NCBI GenBank assembly: GCA_964640755.1
Contig: CAZXIP010000001.1
Span: 1 to 51,131, forward strand
Direction: 5' to 3'
DNA from: an uncultured Smithella sp.
Lineage (GTDB): Bacteria > Desulfobacterota > Syntrophia > Syntrophales > Smithellaceae
DNA: 51,131 bases
Shown: positions 19,134 through 28,360 of the stretch, in pieces
Layout: every line of letters begins with the position of its first letter
How positions within the stretch are numbered: position 1 is the first letter of the stretch
Notes under the pieces: generated by a model
What the model saw: the letters and a program-made list of their open reading frames with translations, nothing else
Told to the model about the DNA's origin: nothing
Databases searched by the model: none
Made by a program: the position numbers and the translations under genes

Positions 19134-21919
19134 TGCAAAGTATTCTTCTGAAAGCTTCAGCAGGTTCGGGAAAAACCAAAAGGCTCACCGATGAAGTGTT
19201 TCTTAGATTGTCCACCAAGGGGAAATTCATATACGCTCTGACATTTACCCGTGCCGCTACGACCGAAATGCGTTCCCGCATCATGGAAAAAATAGCATCA
19301 AAAAAGGACATGCCCCTGGTGGAGAAGCTGAGTCTCATTATGGAAGCCGGGCATGTCGGATACTCGACGATTGATTCTTTTTTTTACAGGCTTTTTGCCG
19401 CATCCGGTTACGCGCCCAAAATGGCTGACGAGAAGGCACAAATTGTCTTGTCCGATGAGATAGAAAGCCTTTTTCGTGACAGCGTAATGCGTCGCGGCAA
19501 GGCTGTCCAACTGATCATCACCGCCCGCGTATTGAGAACGGACCTTGAAGCCCTCTGGAAGCCCCTTGCGGATGAGCAGATTGTCGAACGCTGTTTGGAT
19601 GATATGGAGAGGATTGATGACCTTGACACCCTTATAAAAGAAAACGGGATCTTAAGGAATGCGCTCGATTCTCTGAGTAAAAAGGCCGATGAATTGTCTG
19701 AAATGATGTCGTCTCGAATCAACAGCTGGGTCATTAATGCCCTTCATGATTATGAAAGCTTTATTTCCAGGACCGTTGCCTCACATGCTGACCTGGAAAA
19801 TTACACCGGCCTCGGCAAGAAGATTTCATGGAATGAGAGCCCTTTCAATGATCTTAATGAGATTTTTAAACAATACCGCAAGACAGCCGAAAGGCTGTCC
19901 ATAAACAAGTCTCTTCTTAGGGAACTGGCGGTTGCGCTTCTGTGTGCAATATATCTTGAGGCCGCACAGACGGTGAAGAGGGAAAAGGGTGCGATATTTT
20001 TCTCCGATGTGCGGAAAACCCTGCTGGCCCTTGATGGAAACGAATCCATTGAAAGACCGCGACTCATGAGCAACTACTTTTCCCTTGGGCTTGACAGAAC
20101 CGAGCATCTGCTGATTGACGAATTCCAGGATACATCGAAAGGTGACATTAAAATACTGATTCCCCTTATTGAAGAGATCCTGTCCGGTTCTGGCGAGCAC
20201 GGTGAGAGATCATTTTTTGCCGTGGGTGACTGGAAACAGATGATATACGGATGGCGAGGTGCAAACCGCGAGGCCCTGGAAGAGACACTTTCAAAGTATA
20301 TAGCAGGCAATGTCATCCGGGAAAGCTCTCTTGAATTCAACTATAGAAGCACACCCCTTCTGATATCGTTCTTCAATAAACTTGTGGAAAATATTTTCAC
20401 GGGACAAGAAAAAAGAGAAACACAGAAGCCTTCAGATGAGCCCCACAGCTTTGAAGGCTTGACAGAGGTGGGTCTTGTTCATCTTGAAAAGGAAGGCAAT
20501 TTGGAAGCCCCCTTTTATCGCGCGATCGTTGAAGTCCTGAAACAGAAGAAATCGGAGTACGGCTGTCAGTGGGGCGATATGGCTGTCCTTGCCGCTACAA
20601 ACAATTATGTCCAGAAAATTACCTCTGAACTTGCCGGGGAAGGCATCGGCGTGTCAGAGGTCAAGGGCAGGCAGCTACTTTCAACAGAAGAAGGTGTCGC
20701 GGTCATGCTTTTTATAACGGGTGTTCTTTCTGAAGAAGGGCATAATCGTTTTTTAAAAACAGTGGCGGAGTCGCCGTTATGGAATGAGATATTGGGGAAT
20801 GTGGAGAGTGTTAGGAATGAATTCACCAGAAAATTCCCACAACCATTCGGGATCATGGCTGTCAGCTGTGCAATCGAGCTTTTACGCGGGAAAATTCATG
20901 CAAACATCCTTGATATATGGCAGGATGAGGCGCAATCGTTCTTTCGGGAAGGCGGAGCTGATGCAGATGATTTTCTTTTACGGATGTTCAATATACGGTT
21001 TCATGTGAAGGTGCCCGAGGCTGAGAAAAGGGACAACATCAAAGTGGATACCATCCATGGGACAAAGGGGCTTCAGTTCAAGCATGTTTTTATCTTCTGG
21101 AACGAGGATGAAAAGGAGCCTGCATTCTACCTGCCTTCCGAGAAGTGTCATGTTCAATTTACAGGGAAAGAGTTTGATTTCTGGGCTGCAGGCGGATCAG
21201 ACATTGCAAGGGAAATTATTCAAAATCGTGAAAAAAATCTGGAGCGAATCAGGCGCGAGAAAGCAAATGTATTCTATGTCGCTGCAACAAGGGCAATACA
21301 GACGCTGACGGTCTTTCTGCCGAAAAAGAAAGAAGGGACCTGCAAGGATGTGCATCAGGCTCTGCTCAATACGTTCTCTCAATTCGCGCCTGGAGGTGTC
21401 AAAAAGGAAATTTGCGTGCCGTCCGGTTCTCCAAAAGAGGTTGAACATGTGGCCGTATTGACCGTGCCGGACAAACCCGGTGGAGAACCCGGCATGTATG
21501 GTGAAATAGATCCGATGCTGATCTCAGCCTCCATCAAGGCGGGTATTATGCGTGGTGAGCGACTGCACCGCTGGCTTGCAAAGATTGTACGAAAATCTGA
21601 TTTGCCTCCTGCTGGAGAACTGAACGATGAGGAATATGAAGCTGCGCTCCGCTTTGTTGATAGAAAGGATGTCGCGGAGTTGATGTTCAGACCGGGAAAA
21701 CTCTATATCGAGCAGCAGATATCGGATAAGAATAATTTTGGTATCGTCGACAGAATGACGGTGTCCGATGATCTTATCACCATCATTGATTACAAATCAG
21801 GATCTATGAGGGGCCTGAAGCAAAAGTACGACGAACAGCTTAAACGATATACGAAGATCATGAAATCTCTCTATCCATCTAGGAAGATTGAATATTATAT
21901 CCTGTCCATAGATAATTAA
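19133..21919 (+). CDS. addA: AddA/RecB-like UvrD-family helicase with C-terminal PD-(D/E)XK nuclease
   Basis: Walker A ASAGSGKTK, motif II LIDEFQDTS, motif III YGWRGA, motif V TIHGTKGLQF and motif VI YVAATRA. The C-terminus has GIVDRM ... IIDYKSG. Confidence 0.8.
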   Translation: MQSILLKASAGSGKTKRLTDEVFLRLSTKGKFIYALTFTRAATTEMRSRIMEKIASKKDMPLVEKLSLIMEAGHVGYSTIDSFFYRLFAASGYAPKMADEKAQIVLSDEIESLFRDSVMRRGKAVQLIITARVLRTDLEALWKPLADEQIVERCLDDMERIDDLDTLIKENGILRNALDSLSKKADELSEMMSSRINSWVINALHDYESFISRTVASHADLENYTGLGKKISWNESPFNDLNEIFKQYRKTAERLSINKSLLRELAVALLCAIYLEAAQTVKREKGAIFFSDVRKTLLALDGNESIERPRLMSNYFSLGLDRTEHLLIDEFQDTSKGDIKILIPLIEEILSGSGEHGERSFFAVGDWKQMIYGWRGANREALEETLSKYIAGNVIRESSLEFNYRSTPLLISFFNKLVENIFTGQEKRETQKPSDEPHSFEGLTEVGLVHLEKEGNLEAPFYRAIVEVLKQKKSEYGCQWGDMAVLAATNNYVQKITSELAGEGIGVSEVKGRQLLSTEEGVAVMLFITGVLSEEGHNRFLKTVAESPLWNEILGNVESVRNEFTRKFPQPFGIMAVSCAIELLRGKIHANILDIWQDEAQSFFREGGADADDFLLRMFNIRFHVKVPEAEKRDNIKVDTIHGTKGLQFKHVFIFWNEDEKEPAFYLPSEKCHVQFTGKEFDFWAAGGSDIAREIIQNREKNLERIRREKANVFYVAATRAIQTLTVFLPKKKEGTCKDVHQALLNTFSQFAPGGVKKEICVPSGSPKEVEHVAVLTVPDKPGGEPGMYGEIDPMLISASIKAGIMRGERLHRWLAKIVRKSDLPPAGELNDEEYEAALRFVDRKDVAELMFRPGKLYIEQQISDKNNFGIVDRMTVSDDLITIIDYKSGSMRGLKQKYDEQLKRYTKIMKSLYPSRKIEYYILSIDN

Positions 21920-22229
21920 TGTCGAAAAGGGACTGTATGAACATATGTTTAGATGAAAATGGATGAAACAGGACCATTCAGCAGACAACTTTTGGGTAAC
22001 CAGGACCGAATGGCACCATCCGGTTCCAATCAAAGATATTCAGGAAATATCAAATAATATTCATAGAGTGCCACTATCAAAAGCCTCTTTGGTTTTCTTT
22101 GAACATATTCTGATAAATCTTGACAATGATTGGGCAATCAATTACAGGTAGCTGATATATTAAGATGAATACAGGTGTGTCGGCGAACCATCCGTAACGC
22201 GGCAGCCGTTTTCAACAAGGGGGGCGATC

Positions 22230-22640
22230 ATGATCGGTGTGCTAATAACAACTCACGGGAACCTGGGTAATGAATTAATCCGAGCGGCGGAGCTGATTAA
22301 AGGCACGCTAAAAGATGTGATGCATGTTTGTGTTGAGCAGTCCAAAAGCGTTGAAGATTTAAAGAAAGAAATCCAGGGCGCAATTAAAAAACTGGATAAA
22401 GGAAAGGGTGTGCTGATTTTAACGGATCTTTTTGGAGGGACACCGTCCAATATATCCCTGTCTTTCATGAAAGAAGGAAAGGTGGAAGTTGTTACAGGTG
22501 TCAACTTACCCATGCTGCTGAAGTTATCCGACGTGAAAGAAGGGATGACCTTAAATGAGTTTGCCTGTTTCATTAAGGATTACGGAAAAAAGAATATCTC
22601 TCTGGCCAGTGAAATATTGAGCAAAAAAGCGATCGGGTGA
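22230..22640 (+). CDS. PTS mannose/fructose/sorbose-family EIIA component
   Basis: MIGVLITTHGNLG (phospho-His region) and LTDLFGGTP. 136 aa, with an AAGGGGGG SD. Confidence 0.88.
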   Translation: MIGVLITTHGNLGNELIRAAELIKGTLKDVMHVCVEQSKSVEDLKKEIQGAIKKLDKGKGVLILTDLFGGTPSNISLSFMKEGKVEVVTGVNLPMLLKLSDVKEGMTLNEFACFIKDYGKKNISLASEILSKKAIG

Positions 22641-22644
22641 TCAA

Positions 22645-23157
22645 TTGGCGGAATCTTATGACATTGCTCTTGTGAGGGTAGACAACAGGCTTGTTCACGG
22701 GCAGATTCTGGAAGCCTGGGTACCGTTTATTGAAGCGAAATGTATCATGGTTGTAGATGACAATTCTGCCAGCGATTTTTTCTGCGAGACGGTTATCCGG
22801 ATGGCCGTACCGAGCGATATCGAAGTCAATATCTGCTCTGTCGAGGATTTTGCCGCCAACTACATTTATTCCCAGGGCAGCGGCAAGAAGACTATCGTGT
22901 TGTTCAGCAAGATTGCCGATGCTCTGAAGGCTTACCAGAACGGTTTTCATTTTAAAAAACTCAATATCGGCAATATCCATCATGAAGATTATAAAGTGTG
23001 CTGCGCCCCGTCCGTGTTCTTGTGTGAACCTGAAATTCAGGATATATTTAAACTGCTGCAGGACGAGGGTGTTTATGTTGAATTGAAGAGGGTCCCCAGG
23101 GAAAAAGCTGTGGATATCAAAGATGCGCTGAAGGAATTTTGTCCAGTAAAACCATGA
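22645..23157 (+). CDS. PTS mannose/sorbose-family EIIB component
   Basis: The RVDNRLVHGQI phospho-His motif. TTG start in the ORF track. Confidence 0.85.
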   Translation: MAESYDIALVRVDNRLVHGQILEAWVPFIEAKCIMVVDDNSASDFFCETVIRMAVPSDIEVNICSVEDFAANYIYSQGSGKKTIVLFSKIADALKAYQNGFHFKKLNIGNIHHEDYKVCCAPSVFLCEPEIQDIFKLLQDEGVYVELKRVPREKAVDIKDALKEFCPVKP

Positions 23158-23173
23158 ACAGAATGGTGCGGTA

Positions 23174-23869
23174 ATGGTTTTCAAGGTAGTCCTCATATCA
23201 TTTGTCGGCAGTCTGCTTTGCCTTGATCGTGTGTTTATGCAGACGATGGTATGCCGACCGGTCATTGTTGCTCCGGTCATCGGTCTCATTCTGGGGAATC
23301 CCTATGCAGGATTGATTATCGGGGCGATCCTTGAATTATTCTGGATGGAACGCATTCCCATAGGCATTTATATTCCCCCCAATGATTCTATCGCAGCTGT
23401 CCTGGCCGCTTCAACGGCAATCCTTGCCGGTCAGGCTCTTGGATCCGTCACAAAGGAGCTGACGGCGCTGTCGATTCTGCTTGCCATTCCATTCGGGATC
23501 ATCGCCAAAAGAATGGATGTAAAGATTGTCGAGTCCAACAACCTTCTTTCCGATCAGGCCCTGGAGGCAGCCAAAAGACTTGATATATGGGCTATTGAAA
23601 GAGCAACCTACCTGGGCATGGCTAAATTATTCGCGTTTTATATCATTGTGCTTGTCACGCTGCAATTTATTCTCATTTACCTGACGATTCTGATCTATCC
23701 GCGGCTGCCTTCAGAAATCAAGTCCATGCTGTCCATGACGTACTATTTTCTGCCTCTCTTGGGCATTGCCGTGGCCATTAATACCATCAAGCTGCGCGGT
23801 GCAATTCCCGTTTTTTGCGGAATATTTTTAGTGGTTGCCGTCGCTTTGGAATTTTTCCATGTCATCTGA
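23174..23869 (+). CDS. PTS mannose/sorbose-family EIIC membrane component
   Basis: 231 aa polytopic membrane protein. The N-terminal pattern LD....Q....RPVIVAPVIGLILGN matches IIC-Man. Confidence 0.75.
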   Translation: MVFKVVLISFVGSLLCLDRVFMQTMVCRPVIVAPVIGLILGNPYAGLIIGAILELFWMERIPIGIYIPPNDSIAAVLAASTAILAGQALGSVTKELTALSILLAIPFGIIAKRMDVKIVESNNLLSDQALEAAKRLDIWAIERATYLGMAKLFAFYIIVLVTLQFILIYLTILIYPRLPSEIKSMLSMTYYFLPLLGIAVAINTIKLRGAIPVFCGIFLVVAVALEFFHVI

Positions 23870-24353
23870 AAATACTCACCATCACGTCAGCGTCGATCTG
23901 ATGAAAAAAGAAGATTTGCAGGAGATCCTTGCCATTGAACGCATATCATTTCCCACGCCGTGGACGGAAGGCATGTTTCTGGATGAGCTTAAGACTGAAC
24001 ATGCCCAGTGTCTGGTTGTTAAAATCGAGATGAATGGAGAATCAATGATCGCAGCCTACATTATATTCTGGTTTGTCGCCGATGAAGTTCATTTGCACAA
24101 TCTTGCCGTAAGATCTGAATTCCGAAGGCAGGGGCTTGCATACAGTATGATGAACCTGATGAAGGGAATAGCTGCACAGGCGGGGATTAAACGACAGACG
24201 CTGGAGGTTCGAGAATCAAACCGGGGAGCAATAAATCTTTACCGGAAATGCGGTTTTGTAGTAAAAGGTAAAAGACCTCAATACTACACCGATACCTATG
24301 AGGATGCTCTGGTGATGTGGGCTGAAGGGCAACAGGAAGAACAGCATGTCTAA
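23859..24353 (+). CDS. rimI: Ribosomal-protein-alanine N-acetyltransferase (GNAT)
   Basis: ILAIERISFPTPWT, HLHNLAVRSEFRRQGLA and LEVRESNRGAINLYRKCGF. The start is chosen at ATG 23859, which overlaps the IIC stop. Confidence 0.85.
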   Translation: MSSENTHHHVSVDLMKKEDLQEILAIERISFPTPWTEGMFLDELKTEHAQCLVVKIEMNGESMIAAYIIFWFVADEVHLHNLAVRSEFRRQGLAYSMMNLMKGIAAQAGIKRQTLEVRESNRGAINLYRKCGFVVKGKRPQYYTDTYEDALVMWAEGQQEEQHV

Positions 24354-25161
24354 AGATATTTACATCGGAGAAGTATTCCGCAATGAGGAAATCCGGGAAG
24401 ATTTTTTCCTGATGAAGGTGACGCTGCCTTCCGGTTTTGTCGAACCGATGCCCGGACAGTTTGTCATGATCCGCATTGCCGGTTTAAACGATCCGTTTCT
24501 GTCCCGTCCTATCAGTATTTATTCTTTTGCGCGCGGCCGGCTGAACTGTTCAATTGAACTTCTCTTCCGGGTAGTGGGGAAGGGAACAAGAATTCTGGCG
24601 GGATTGATCAAAGGGTCGCTTGTGGAGATATCCGGTCCGCTTGGCGGCAGTTTTCAAATCGATGATCAAAAAAAGAATATCGTTTTTATTGCCGGTGGAA
24701 TCGGCATAGCGCCGTTATCATTGCTTGCTGAGAATCTTTGCAGGAAAGTCTGCCGCCGCCCGGATGCCATGACCTTTTATCTGGGCGCGCAATCGGCAGA
24801 CGCGCTTATCGGCCTCAACCGTGTTCATAAATATTGTGGCAATATCATTGTCTGCACGGATGACGGTTCCGCGGGACTGAAAGCTCTGGTGACGAAAGTA
24901 TTCCAAAAGGACCTTAAGAAGTATGACCCGGTGGATACGGCGATTTATGCCTGTGGCCCGAGGCCGATGATCCGGGCTTTGTCAGGTATGATGGATAAGA
25001 AATATTTCTGCCAGGTGTCGCTGGAGGAACGGATGGCCTGTGGTGTCGGCGCGTGCGTCGGCTGTGCTGTTGCCGTGAAAGATGAGCTCGGGCAGAAGAC
25101 TTACAAACGTGTTTGCGCGGATGGACCGGTGTTTGAACTGAAGGACATTGTCTGGGAATAA
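24346..25161 (+). CDS. pyrK: Dihydroorotate dehydrogenase (class 1B) electron-transfer subunit
   Basis: An FNR-like FAD/NAD domain with RPISI and GGIGIAP. The C-terminal 2Fe-2S motif is CGVGACVGCAV...C. It lies directly upstream of pyrD. Confidence 0.9.
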   Translation: MSKDIYIGEVFRNEEIREDFFLMKVTLPSGFVEPMPGQFVMIRIAGLNDPFLSRPISIYSFARGRLNCSIELLFRVVGKGTRILAGLIKGSLVEISGPLGGSFQIDDQKKNIVFIAGGIGIAPLSLLAENLCRKVCRRPDAMTFYLGAQSADALIGLNRVHKYCGNIIVCTDDGSAGLKALVTKVFQKDLKKYDPVDTAIYACGPRPMIRALSGMMDKKYFCQVSLEERMACGVGACVGCAVAVKDELGQKTYKRVCADGPVFELKDIVWE

Positions 25162-25196
25162 TCGTGAAAAACAAAAAACTTAAATCAGACGCGACG

Positions 25197-26099
25197 ATGA
25201 ACATGGAAATTGCCGGACTGAAACTGAAAAATCCGGTAATGACGGCTTCCGGAACATTCGGTTACGGTGAAGAGTATTCCGATTACGTGGACTTGAACCG
25301 CCTGGGCGGCATCGTGGTCAAAGGACTGTCATTGAAGCCGCGGCCGGGAAATCTCCCTCCGCGCATTATGGAAACGTCGGGAGGCATGCTCAATGCCGTG
25401 GGTCTGCAGAACGTCGGCGTCAACGTTTTTATAGACGAGAAACTTCCCTTTTTGCGCAGGTACAACGTTGCAGTCATTGCTAATATCTATGGAGAAAGCT
25501 ATCAGGAATATGCTCAAGTTGCCGGGCAACTGAGCCGGGCAGAAGGTGTTCATGCGCTCGAAATCAATGTTTCCTGCCCGAATGTCAAAAAGGGAGGTTT
25601 AAGTTTCGGTTCTGATCCGGGGGCGGCTGCCGAGGTTACACGTTGTGTAAAGGCCGAAACGCATTTGCCAGTCATTGTCAAGCTCACCCCCAATGTTACG
25701 GATATTGCGTCCATCGCTTTAGCCGTGGAAAATGCGGGTGCAGATGCGGTTTCGCTGATCAATACGATTACGGGCATGTCCATTGATCTCCGCACCAGGA
25801 AACCTCATCTGAAAAATATTACCGGTGGTCTGTCGGGCCCCGCCATTAAACCGGTTGCCCTGCGCATGGTCTGGCAGGTCGCGCAGAAAGTGTCCATTCC
25901 GGTTATCGGCATCGGCGGAATCATGACGGCTGAAGACGCTCTGGAATTCATGATTGCCGGGGCAAAGGCAGTGCAGATCGGCACGGCCAGTTTTATCAAC
26001 CCATGCGCACCGGTAGAGATCATCGACGGAATCCGGCAGTACTTGCGCGAAAATAAAATAAAACACATTACAGACATTGTTGGAACGCTGCAAACATAG
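25197..26099 (+). CDS. pyrD: Dihydroorotate dehydrogenase catalytic subunit (class 1B)
   Basis: LKNPVMTASGTFGYG, NAVGLQN, EINVSCPN, KLTPNVTDI, GGLSGPAIKP and GIGGI motifs. ATG 25197 is preferred over the GTG at 25164. Confidence 0.93.
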   Translation: MNMEIAGLKLKNPVMTASGTFGYGEEYSDYVDLNRLGGIVVKGLSLKPRPGNLPPRIMETSGGMLNAVGLQNVGVNVFIDEKLPFLRRYNVAVIANIYGESYQEYAQVAGQLSRAEGVHALEINVSCPNVKKGGLSFGSDPGAAAEVTRCVKAETHLPVIVKLTPNVTDIASIALAVENAGADAVSLINTITGMSIDLRTRKPHLKNITGGLSGPAIKPVALRMVWQVAQKVSIPVIGIGGIMTAEDALEFMIAGAKAVQIGTASFINPCAPVEIIDGIRQYLRENKIKHITDIVGTLQT

Positions 26100-26102
26100 A
26101 AC

Positions 26103-26789
26103 ATGAAAATGAAGACAGAGGAAATCGCAGAAGGTGTTTATCTGATCGGAGGACCCAATGTCACCCGGCCCGAAGATGCGGCGGTTTACCTGGTCGATTT
26201 TGCAGGTCAACTGGTCATGATTGATTCGGGGGCGGGGAACAGTTCATCTCAGCTTGACCGGAATATTGAAATGTTGGGGCTGAACCCGGCCGAACTTACG
26301 CATATCATCTTAACGCATTGCCATATTGATCATATCGGCTCTGCGGCTTATTTCCGTGAAAAATACAAGTCTGAAATCATAATTCATGAACTGGACGCGC
26401 AAGCGCTGGAAGCCGGCGACACGATAAAGACCGCGGCTAACTGGTACGGGACAACTTTCCCTCCGACCCGGGTGGACCGGAAATTAAAAGAAGCGAACGA
26501 AATCCTGAAGTTCGGCAAAGAGGAGCTGTACTGTCTCCATACCCCCGGACACACGCCGGGTTCCATTTCGGTTTACCTGGACAGGGCAGGCAAGAGGATT
26601 TTATTCGGCCAGGATATTCACGGCCCGTTTAACCGGGCTTTTGAGTCCGACATCCAGGCCTGGAAAAAATCCATGAACTCCCTGCTGTCCCTGGAGGCCG
26701 ACATCCTCTGCGAAGGTCACTTCGGGATTTACCAGCCTAAAAACAAAGTAAGGGATTACATCGAGCGGTATCTTGAGGAATATGATTAA
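26103..26789 (+). CDS. MBL-fold metallo-hydrolase
   Basis: THCHIDHIG zinc-binding motif, HTPGHTPGS and a distal EGH. Confidence 0.85.
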   Translation: MKMKTEEIAEGVYLIGGPNVTRPEDAAVYLVDFAGQLVMIDSGAGNSSSQLDRNIEMLGLNPAELTHIILTHCHIDHIGSAAYFREKYKSEIIIHELDAQALEAGDTIKTAANWYGTTFPPTRVDRKLKEANEILKFGKEELYCLHTPGHTPGSISVYLDRAGKRILFGQDIHGPFNRAFESDIQAWKKSMNSLLSLEADILCEGHFGIYQPKNKVRDYIERYLEEYD

Positions 26790-26874
26790 TTCTTGAATAA
26801 CAAATTTCCGCATCATCCTGTTTCTCCCATCCGGAAACAGATGCCAAAGTAATCCAATCCATTACACGTTTATA

Positions 26875-27945
26875 TTATCCGGAGGTTGAATCGACTTTTT
26901 CGCGGCTCATGATGTCAAACGTATCATATATACTGGGCGGGGGGGTATACAGTTTGTTGTCTGGTTTTCTTTCCAGCTTTAAAGCATCGGCGGGACATGT
27001 GGTCACACAAAGACCGCAGCCAATGCAGCGATTCGCATAAAACGCAATTTTCTCATCCTTCATCTTAAAAGCACCCACAGTGCAGCGGCTGGCACAGACT
27101 CCGCACTGTGTACAAAGTGATTCATCAAACAGGCAGGCGTAATTGCTTTTAAACGCCAGGGCCGGAGCCGGAAAAAGCTTAAGTGAAATTAACATGCCGC
27201 AGCAGCATGAACAGCAGCAGCACATCGCTTCCACTTTTTGGGAATTCAGGATGTGGATAACCAGACCTTCCGCTTCGCTTTGCCTCAGAATTGCCAAAGC
27301 CTCATCGGTGCTTATGTAGCGCGCCATTCCGTTTTCCACGTAATAATCAGCAAAAGTATCAAACTGCAGACACGTCTCCAGGGCATGGGAACATGTCTTT
27401 CCATAAACTCGGACAGCTTTCCGGCAGAAGCATTCGGCGACGGCAATGCGTGATTTGCTCTTGATGATGGCAAACGCGTCATCGTATGGGGCGATGGGAT
27501 GGTCGGCAACGATTTCAGTATTAATGGGGATGGACCGCAGATGAGGTGTTTTCTGCCCATGAAATGTGGCGCCCAAACCTGCTATATAATACTGTGAGAT
27601 ATCCTTCAACAATGGTTTATTCAAGTTGTTTAACTGAAACTCATAGATACCGACGATGAAAGGAACGGGAAAATAACAGATTGAATCGTCTTGCTTCACC
27701 CGGAAGATCAGACCTTTGCGAGCCATTCCTTCCAGTCTTGCCGCTATATCAGCAACATCGGTACCGAGCCGCAAGGAAGCCTGCTTTGCCGTTTCCGGCC
27801 TGGTCTCCATCTCCAGGAATAATTCCGCATCTTCCTGACTGAACAGCTGCTGAAGGATTTTAATCTCAATCCCGTTTGGCGTTGCCGGATATCCGGTTGC
27901 CATCGTTTCCAGTTTGTCCCGCAGACGTTCATAGATATTGCTCAT
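26875..27945 (-). CDS. 4Fe-4S dicluster-domain protein with N-terminal winged-helix-like domain and a CCCCSCCC motif
   Basis: The C-terminus has CTQCGVCASRC and CIGCGLCVTTCP ferredoxin motifs. The start is set at MSNIYERL (ATG 27945, AAGGAC SD). The 73 upstream codons of ORF 26875..28164 look non-coding. Confidence 0.75.
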   Translation of the reverse strand: MSNIYERLRDKLETMATGYPATPNGIEIKILQQLFSQEDAELFLEMETRPETAKQASLRLGTDVADIAARLEGMARKGLIFRVKQDDSICYFPVPFIVGIYEFQLNNLNKPLLKDISQYYIAGLGATFHGQKTPHLRSIPINTEIVADHPIAPYDDAFAIIKSKSRIAVAECFCRKAVRVYGKTCSHALETCLQFDTFADYYVENGMARYISTDEALAILRQSEAEGLVIHILNSQKVEAMCCCCSCCCGMLISLKLFPAPALAFKSNYACLFDESLCTQCGVCASRCTVGAFKMKDEKIAFYANRCIGCGLCVTTCPADALKLERKPDNKLYTPPPSIYDTFDIMSREKVDSTSG

Positions 27946-28360
27946 GACATATGTGTCCTTCACTGCTATATGTTGATTTACCCGGCATGAATCTACCACA
28001 TATTGGAGCAGAGTCCAGCCATTTTGAATGATGGAAGACATGTTCAAATTATTAACAGGACCTGACTTTTCTGCCTTTTTCTTCTCTTTTTCAGAGGCAA
28101 ATAATGTGGTTGATATCGAGATTATCTTGACATACAAGACCTCGTTCCCTATAGTTCCCATCATAAAAAAGAATTAACTGACCCGTTGTAAAATTTTCAT
28201 TCATACCCTTGCGAAGTGGAATTTGAGGAGGGATTGAAAAACATGATGGATGCCCCCATTTATGGTTTCAGAAAACAGCTCGCTGGAATCACAGGATGAA
28301 TGGAATCACCAAAGCGTTTCTCTCATGAGTATACTAAATTATGATTTGTGAAGGGTGGAT

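Noticed and set aside
16746-21919. Interpreting the helicase-nuclease pair as a phage-defence island
   Set aside because: The flanks are core genes with no mobile-element, integrase or tRNA boundary, and I saw no obvious compositional shift. The motif set (Fe-S staple nuclease plus UvrD helicase-nuclease) fits AddAB. It is kept only as a low-priority check under findings.
21963-22151. 62-aa ORF between addA-like and the PTS operon, plus a hairpin at 22005..22024 that exposes TGGCAC in its loop
   Set aside because: The ORF has no SD or motif. The TGGCAC is not followed by a TTGC -12 element at the correct spacing, and the hairpin lacks a U-tract, so it is neither a sigma-54 promoter nor a terminator.
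22573-23289. 238-aa ORF on the - strand
   Set aside because: It is antisense to the PTS IIB/IIC genes, which carry diagnostic motifs. It has no SD and no recognisable domain.
25719-26210. 163-aa ORF on the - strand
   Set aside because: It is antisense to the pyrD/MBL hydrolase junction and has no motif support.
26818-26840. Hairpin CTGTTTC-N9-GAAACAG between the convergent MBL hydrolase and Fe-S protein genes
   Set aside because: The stem is short with no adjacent U-tract on either strand. It is at best a weak bidirectional terminator and is not reported as a feature.
27946-28164. 73-codon N-terminal extension of the Fe-S protein ORF
   Set aside because: The extension is low-complexity (EKEKKKAEK) with no SD, and the family-like N-terminus begins at MSNIYERL with an AAGGAC SD. 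I cannot fully exclude the intermediate in-frame ATG (MSSIIQN).
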